A stretch of 64,000 bases of DNA. Origin: Octopus vulgaris (Eukaryota). The stretch lies in assembly GCA_951406725.2 (NCBI GenBank), contig OX597830.1, positions 12,214,001 to 12,278,000 on the forward strand, given 5' to 3'. The translations under genes were made by a program, and so were the position numbers. How positions within the stretch are numbered: position 1 is the stretch's first letter; every line of letters starts with the position of its first letter. Shown piece after piece: positions 61,745 to 64,000 of this stretch. Under the pieces are notes generated by a model that saw nothing but the letters and a program-made list of their open reading frames with translations, was not told where the DNA came from and did not search any database.

Positions 61745-63462
61745 CATATATACGACAGGCTTCTTTCAGTTTCCGTCTACCAAATCCACTCACAAGGCAT
61801 TGGTCGGCCCGGGGCTACAGCAGAAGACACTTGCCCAAGATGCCACGCAGTGGGACTGAACCCGGAAACATGTGGTTGGTTAGCAATTTACTTACCACAC
61901 AGCCACTCCTGCATGTACAAATAAAAATAAATCTACAACTGTGATCGGAATTGAACTAAAAATGACCGTCGTAACAGATGTCTACTTTTACCATGAACTG
62001 CTTTCATCGAAATATGGAACAGAAAATATATCTCAAATCATCGAGTACTCAGTCAAATAGGAAATACAGGAAATACTAACATTGCAGTTGTAACGTATAA
62101 TTTTTACTGTCCGATTTTGACCCATGGGCATTTGAATTTACGATACAGTTGTAGGTTCCTTCGTCTTGTCGTTGAGCATTCTTGATCGTGAGAACACGGT
62201 TGAGGTCTGAAAGTGTAGCTCGGGAGGAAATTTCCCCATCAATTTTTTCCCATTTGTATATGAATGGACTCCTGTAATGAATAATTTTTTTTTATTTAAA
62301 TAAAAAGAAGAGATAAAGAATTTTTCCTGACATTAAAAATAAGCATCAATATGAAACAAAATTATTAAAATATACAATAATTAAATCTGACAAGGAATAA
62401 TCGACTATTACCTGTCTAATTATTACCCGAGTACTATATTAAAAAAAAAAAACATTCCGACAAAACTTTAAGCTTGAAGCTGGAAACATTGTGGAATATG
62501 TACGAAGCGTGGATACATACATTATATAGTAAAGATTTTAGTAAAGAAACTGAATTAAAGTAGTACTAGACTATAGAATGGATGATTATAATTTGGATTC
62601 TTTGGCTCCGATATAGATATATCCATGCAGAAGTTTTCTATGATCAGTCAATAGTTCTTGAATGTAAAACATCAGACGAAAGTTACAAAAGGTGCGAATT
62701 CAAATACATGCTATATTCTGAAATTTTTATGCCTTGTTTATTTTTTATTTATTTTCCACTGTTTTTAAAGCATATCACAATGAGGTGAACACTACTTTCA
62801 TATCTCTATTAATAAGGTATCTAAATAATATTCAGATATCTTTAGAGTTGAAAATATACCCACTCTTACAAAGTGTGATCTTGTGTTGATTGAAAAAGCA
62901 AACAATATTAACTCACGAGAAAGTTCCATACGCAAAACATTCCATTCGTATCTCATCACCAATCATTGGTAAAGACGGGAAAACAGCAATGAATTCATTC
63001 AAAATTTCTGGTCCGAAATTTGCTTTCGAGGCTATTTTGATAAATAAACATAAATATGTATGAATATTTTAATGGTTTAACAACTATCAAAGCAGTCCGT
63101 TAGTTTCAGTGAAAATATGAAATATTTTAAGAGAAAATAATTATCTTCGAACTGAATTTCAGGTTGGACTCACAGCTCAATAAATAATCAAGATTCTAAT
63201 GTTGTTTTATAAAAATAGTTAAACTTACATCCTGTTTTTACTTCAAGTTCAATCTCTTTGCTTATTCTTGATGGGGCTTGGTCGCTGGTCAACTGCAAAT
63301 GACCTGATCCTGACAACGTAACCATACAGTAATATTTTCCAGCATCGGGACCACCTATTTCTGAGAAATATAGACGACCATTGTTCGACATAAACATATA
63401 TTGCTGCCTTTCTGTCTTAATATAGTTTGTTACACTGTCCTTGGTCCACTGGTATCGTAAAC
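13186..63462 (-). CDS. CNTN: Contactin (Ig x6 / FN3 x4 / GPI cell-adhesion molecule), 5'-partial spliced gene, 17 coding exons in window
   Basis: Exons joined by hand at canonical GT-AG sites keep one open frame (2744 nt). Contactin-typical motifs: ECFAYG, FTWRCMAEGRP, DVGGGGGKVGDLSITW, YEVKVQAFNEKGLGPNS, hydrophobic C-terminal tail without a cytoplasmic domain. Confidence 0.93.
14065..14115 (+). ncRNA. Minimal type-I hammerhead-like motif, G3:C8 core variant
   Basis: tttgtca-GTGAACA-g-gtcgc(ggtctcaaa)gcgac-GAAA-atat-TT-tgacaaa; activity untested. Confidence 0.5.
14702..15138 (-). mobile_element. SINE family A (tRNA-derived, internal TA/TG microsatellite)
   Basis: Head ggcgcaggagtggctatgtgg with B-box-like ggttcagtcc; many copies in window. 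Confidence 0.88.
15603..15960 (-). mobile_element. SINE family B
   Basis: Family B sequence; TSD agcatctatta. Confidence 0.85.
16106..16280 (-). CDS. CNTN: Contactin exon, FN3-4 C-half (LCYRSVREVWDLDNCKDIGFVEDGVLGDLEKDTLYKLRVLAWSGDGDGKKSEAIYFTL)
   Basis: tag / gtaagt, 175 nt, phase 0-1. Confidence 0.9.
16349..16724 (+). mobile_element. SINE family A
   Basis: Family A sequence, tail missing. Confidence 0.85.
16991..17406 (-). mobile_element. SINE family A
   Basis: Full-length family A copy. Confidence 0.88.
18781..19200 (-). mobile_element. SINE family A
   Basis: Full-length family A copy. Confidence 0.88.
19261..19376 (-). CDS. CNTN: Contactin exon, FN3-4 N-half (PLNFPTEVTVYSRDSSSVEVKFRGIGFGIDESPVTGYK)
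   Basis: cag / gtaaaa, 116 nt, phase 1-0. Confidence 0.9.
19487..20276 (-). mobile_element. SINE family C tetramer (one head, four bodies of about 183 bp)
   Basis: Repeated body joined at gaaatacctatttc; flanking TSD ttctagaaga(t/c)caacc. Confidence 0.88.
20468..20654 (-). CDS. CNTN: Contactin exon, FN3-3 C-half (INWENRD...YYWVTVQVFNTAGLGPLSE...TGMD)
   Basis: cag / gtaaat, 187 nt, phase 0-1; ORF 20394..20717. Confidence 0.92.
20769..20970 (-). mobile_element. Diverged SINE family C relative
   Basis: Shares head and central block with family C. Confidence 0.65.
21273..21473. mobile_element. hAT-type MITE, 201 bp
   Basis: TIR cagtgcttttcaa / ttgaaaaccactg; 8-bp TSD ccttatag. Confidence 0.92.
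21577..21698 (-). CDS. CNTN: Contactin exon, FN3-3 N-half (PRAVPVDVFADTYNATALIITWTPPVNDRPTMRGKILGYQ)
   Basis: tag / gtaatt, 122 nt, phase 1-0. Confidence 0.9.
21838..21982 (-). CDS. CNTN: Contactin exon, FN3-2 end (HVMKGQAKEYYAL...YEVKVQAFNEKGLGPNSTISSIYSAED)
   Basis: cag / gtaagt, 145 nt, phase 0-1. Confidence 0.92.
22054..22254. mobile_element. hAT-type MITE, 201 bp (sister of 21273)
   Basis: Same TIRs; 8-bp TSD atctatat. Confidence 0.92.
22640..23520 (+). mobile_element. RTE-like LINE apurinic endonuclease fragment split by a SINE
   Basis: GSVSFIVSKEW...RIIPTYA / DDKVEEFYQDLEKVL...VVMDDFN resembles APE motifs. Confidence 0.6.
22931..23311 (-). mobile_element. SINE family B
   Basis: Full length; TSD ctatctctata. 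Confidence 0.88.
23786..24007 (-). mobile_element. SINE family C
   Basis: TSD ttttcttctctaatcct. Confidence 0.88.
24244..24485 (+). mobile_element. LINE 3' end (RTE-like) with (GAT)n tail
   Basis: QDLRNAMMDREVWRRMV C-terminus followed by gatgatgat. Confidence 0.55.
24730..25148 (-). mobile_element. SINE family A
   Basis: Full-length copy. Confidence 0.88.
25190..25915 (-). mobile_element. RLE-type LINE 3' fragment (R4-like), degraded
   Basis: ANRPENVLKNHVEKTYLLIGVASP resembles the RPD..endonuclease region; heavily frameshifted. Confidence 0.55.
25920..26405 (+). mobile_element. L1/Tx1-like RT fragment
   Basis: RSVQQGCPLS, ADDIT, AKINRDKS, LLGVWFG, WAERKLALKGR. Confidence 0.7.
26437..26788 (+). 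mobile_element. Non-autonomous Helitron
   Basis: A|TC 5' end, subterminal hairpin, CTAG|T 3' end. Confidence 0.8.
27606..27742 (+). mobile_element. SINE family A 3' fragment
   Basis: Matches family A tail region. Confidence 0.7.
27990..28079 (-). CDS. CNTN: Contactin exon, FN3-2 middle (PLPPEEQCADGIGYVVYWRVKGNPNSKWSK)
   Basis: cag / gtatat, 90 nt, phase 0-0. Confidence 0.88.
28275..30808 (-). mobile_element. SINE family B with internal tandem expansion
   Basis: Single head (30808 end) and single tail (28275 end) around the array. Confidence 0.88.
28432..30730. repeat. 153-bp tandem repeat, 15 copies, derived from the SINE B interior
   Basis: gagtgacaag recurs at 28432, 28588, 28741 ... 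30578. Confidence 0.97.
31243..31627 (-). mobile_element. Non-autonomous Helitron with a different internal body
   Basis: Same CTAG/hairpin end (about 115 bp) as the 1158 family, unrelated remainder. Confidence 0.65.
31708..32260. mobile_element. Unclassified element with a 36-bp inverted repeat (31708..31743 / 32148..32183)
   Basis: tacaaggacgggtcattcgaagttttctttactcag versus its reverse complement, about 4 mismatches. Confidence 0.5.
33265..33651 (-). mobile_element. Non-autonomous Helitron
   Basis: Near-identical to the 1158 copy; TC...CTAG termini on the minus strand. Confidence 0.8.
34180..34412. repeat. (CA)n microsatellite punctuated by AAT
   Basis: Directly visible. Confidence 0.95.
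35169..35600. repeat. Compound (TATG)n/(TG)n microsatellite
   Basis: Directly visible. Confidence 0.97.
36289..36698 (-). mobile_element. SINE family A
   Basis: Full-length, moderately diverged. Confidence 0.85.
36700..37170 (-). mobile_element. Penelope-like element remnant (GIY-YIG region)
   Basis: Minus strand reads TWESVNLIYAIK followed by a frameshifted C..HY segment, like the PLE T.NxIYxIxC..C..YIG motif; very degraded. Confidence 0.4.
37426..37472 (-). ncRNA. Minimal hammerhead-like motif, U4C variant
   Basis: aaaactgt-CCGATGA-a-cg(gcaa)cg-g-GAAA-ctcagag-TA-acaggtttt. Confidence 0.45.
37652..38086. repeat. Long palindrome, arms of about 212 bp, 11-nt spacer
   Basis: ...cagacgtataaat tttagctttat atttatacgtctg... 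Confidence 0.95.
38126..38161 (+). ncRNA. Minimal hammerhead-like motif, U3:A8 variant
   Basis: cag-TTGAAAA-agtc(tcaat)gacc-GAAA-ccgg-TA-ctg. Confidence 0.4.
38771..38817 (+). ncRNA. Minimal hammerhead-like motif, U4C variant (second copy)
   Basis: aaaactgt-CCGATGA-atggcaacgg-GAAA-ctcagag-TA-acaggtttt. Confidence 0.45.
39321..39356 (-). ncRNA. Minimal hammerhead-like motif, U3:A8 variant (mirror copy)
   Basis: Reverse complement of 38126..38161. Confidence 0.4.
39517..39565. repeat. (GAA)n microsatellite
   Basis: Directly visible. Confidence 0.95.
39857..40175 (+). mobile_element. SINE related to family B (different head and middle, shared 3' part)
   Basis: tRNA-like head gggcgcgtggcttagtgg...gagttcgattcc; 3' region as in family B. 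Confidence 0.75.
40562..41157 (+). mobile_element. SINE family C trimer (one head, three bodies)
   Basis: Junction aaagaaataggtattt; TSD ttggggcagaa. Confidence 0.88.
41603..41915. repeat. Compound (TA)n/(TATG)n/(CATG)n microsatellite
   Basis: Directly visible. Confidence 0.96.
42638..42852 (+). mobile_element. SINE family C, 5'-truncated
   Basis: Family C body and tail. Confidence 0.8.
43308..43402 (-). CDS. CNTN: Contactin exon, FN3-2 start (DYRTLSSPPKRAPNDVGGGGGKVGDLSITWA)
   Basis: aag / gtaagt, 95 nt, phase 1-0; contactin-family GGGGG motif. Confidence 0.92.
44295..44685 (+). mobile_element. SINE family A
   Basis: Full-length copy. Confidence 0.88.
44863..45003 (-). CDS. CNTN: Contactin exon, FN3-1 C-half (IPSSAVEVQDRLFKTVQVLGLQPNNQYKFRVRAINKLGVGQPSLPS)
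   Basis: cag / gtaaat, 141 nt, phase 1-1; LxPxxxYxFRVxAxN FN3 motif. Confidence 0.9.
45055..45494 (-). mobile_element. SINE family A
   Basis: Full-length copy. Confidence 0.88.
46965..48448 (+). mobile_element. Mariner-type transposon fossil with an unrelated insert (about 47360..47690)
   Basis: AIKFCVKMDKNTTESYKM HTH start; HNSILVTNYLTEMG...FPCDF resembling YSPDLAPCDF; many stops. Confidence 0.7.
48488..48646 (-). CDS. CNTN: Contactin exon, FN3-1 N-half (PPSEPAGVYGDG...GFPITRYIIE...WKMASR)
   Basis: tag / gtaaat, 159 nt, phase 1-1. Confidence 0.9.
48935..48975 (-). ncRNA. Minimal type-I hammerhead-like motif with canonical core
   Basis: ccaga-CTGATGA-cgag(aaaaga)ctca-GAAA-ctag-TC-tctgg. 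Confidence 0.6.
49787..49913 (-). CDS. CNTN: Contactin exon, Ig6 C-half (GTVENQRGLYIRTAQLKHKGNYTC...LTVK)
   Basis: cag / gtaaat, 127 nt, phase 0-1. Confidence 0.9.
50110..50520 (+). mobile_element. Penelope-like RT C-terminal fragment
   Basis: GLYRDDAL, HFLD, YHPYRNP...YVSKLSNQP, ISRRITKLSAN...YNFALSKAGY. Confidence 0.6.
51445..54750 (+). mobile_element. hAT (Buster/Charlie-like) DNA transposon fossil, copy 2, both ends present
   Basis: TIRs cagtggttctcaacc / ggttaagaaccacct; 8-bp TSD gtctagat (NTCTAGAN target typical of Charlie/Buster); transposase fragments 52460..53990. Confidence 0.92.
53997..54378 (+). mobile_element. SINE family B nested in hAT copy 2
   Basis: Same site and TSD acataaacag as in copy 1. 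Confidence 0.88.
55061..55442 (+). mobile_element. SINE family B
   Basis: TSD ataaaaatttaat. Confidence 0.88.
55541..55704 (-). CDS. CNTN: Contactin exon, Ig6 N-half (NLVISRRPSNIEVIVNETAFFYCGASYNPDFEIVYKWYFNGYPINVEKDAFYSE)
   Basis: cag / gtaagt, 164 nt, phase 1-0; not in the ORF track. Confidence 0.9.
55838..56470 (+). mobile_element. Mariner-type transposon 5' fragment
   Basis: VIKFLYLKGHTPK...APSYDIVKLWHRQFKCGRT...GRP, KLFARWIPRMLT (WVPxxL motif). Confidence 0.75.
56830..57263 (+). mobile_element. SINE family A
   Basis: TSD aaaaatataata. Confidence 0.85.
57318..57611 (-). CDS. CNTN: Contactin exon, Ig5 (FAPKFIQYHLPSSTLAARTGKVSLRC...DAGEYKC...LRVV)
   Basis: aag / gtaaga, 294 nt, phase 1-1; ORF 57292..57567. 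Confidence 0.92.
57908..58177 (-). CDS. CNTN: Contactin exon, Ig4 (KPYFVIELKSQLIEPGARFTWRC...DNGMYQC...LKIA)
   Basis: cag / gtaagt, 270 nt, phase 1-1; ORF 57900..58163. Confidence 0.92.
58400..59370 (+). mobile_element. Internally deleted mariner remnant, related to the 46965 copy, split by a SINE
   Basis: ttttgttattccagattgaag, cttgtcacagctgact and ccatcctggt.ac.aactacttgacagag shared with 46965..48448. Confidence 0.6.
58501..58941 (-). mobile_element. SINE family A
   Basis: Near full-length copy. Confidence 0.88.
59595..60026. mobile_element. MITE with GGATCTTTTCGG TIRs, second copy
   Basis: 8-bp TSD aaaagttg; internal (CCCTAA)n tract. Confidence 0.9.
60573..60765. repeat. Imperfect (CA)n microsatellite
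   Basis: Directly visible. Confidence 0.95.
60922..61147 (-). mobile_element. SINE family C
   Basis: TSD gtttcctcaatacc. Confidence 0.88.
61485..61912 (-). mobile_element. SINE family A
   Basis: Near full-length copy. Confidence 0.88.
62081..62271 (-). CDS. CNTN: Contactin exon, Ig3 C-half (SPFIYKWEKIDG...RVLTIKNAQRQDEGTYNC...LQLQ)
   Basis: cag / gttagt, 191 nt, phase 2-1; DxGxYxC Ig motif. Confidence 0.9.
62917..63031 (-). CDS. CNTN: Contactin exon, Ig3 N-half (SKANFGPEILNEFIAVFPSLPMIGDEIRMECFAYGTF)
   Basis: tag / gtgagt, 115 nt, phase 1-2; ECFAYG motif; not in the ORF track. Confidence 0.88.
63229..63462 (-). CDS. CNTN: Contactin exon, Ig2 C-terminal part (LRYQWTKDSVTNYIKTERQQYMFMSNNGRLYFSE...ELEVKTG)
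   Basis: tag acceptor, gtaagt donor, 234 nt, phase 1-1; overlaps ORF 63188..63397. Confidence 0.9.
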
Positions 63463-64000
63463 CTAAAAATCAGAATAGTTTTCAAAAACATAATTTCACA
63501 ATTTAATAGAGAAAAATTATTACGTACAGATTTCATACATTTGATAAAGACAAGTTCTATAATACATTATACCATTGAAGAGAAACACTGTTAACACACC
63601 AATAATCTAACATCCATAGAAAGCTACACGCATGTATAAATTAAGTGACTAGGCTTCGAACGAGAGATTGTACTCTGGCCTATAGATTGTCAAATGGATT
63701 GATCAATGTAAATAGAATGAAAACTGTTGAGAAGATATTAATACCAGAAGAAATAGAAGCTATCCATGCACACATGCATGAGTCTCGTTCAAAAAGTTGA
63801 CTACTTTAGTAATATTTTCGAATGAAATAGAGTGATTACAGTTTTTAAAGAACTTATGGAAAGCTTTCCAGATGCGCTAAATAGACGGCCTTGACATCCC
63901 CTGGCTGTGAGAAGGAGTATAATTCCTGTATAAATCCCACCAGGTAGGTGGGGTAAATGCTAATTTATTTGTGAAAGAGACCTCGAGGTTCGTAACTTGG

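Overview
AT-rich, repeat-dense animal genomic DNA; the SINE families and microsatellite load suggest an octopus or other coleoid cephalopod (inferred, not searched). The only host gene I can support is a minus-strand contactin (Ig superfamily, GPI-anchored). I traced 17 coding exons by hand from 63462 down to a stop at 13186, all with GT-AG borders and consistent phases (2744 nt, about 914 codons: end of Ig2, Ig3-Ig6, four FN3 domains, GPI signal). Its 5' part lies beyond the window. Introns and the downstream region hold three tRNA-derived SINE families, two inverted copies of a dead Buster/Charlie-type hAT element carrying the same SINE, hAT and other MITEs, non-autonomous Helitrons, and mariner, CRE, R4-like, RTE, Tx1 and Penelope-like fossils. 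Main leads: (i) minimal type-I hammerhead-ribozyme-like motifs with different catalytic-core variants (G3:C8, U3:A8, U4C, canonical), mostly inside inverted repeats; (ii) a possible skippable GPI exon with an in-frame alternative terminal exon (GPI-anchored versus secreted contactin), bracketed by inverted SINEs; (iii) SINE multimers and a SINE-derived satellite; (iv) a 2-kb cluster of overlapping palindromes. Repeat coordinates are hand-read and may be off by a few bases.
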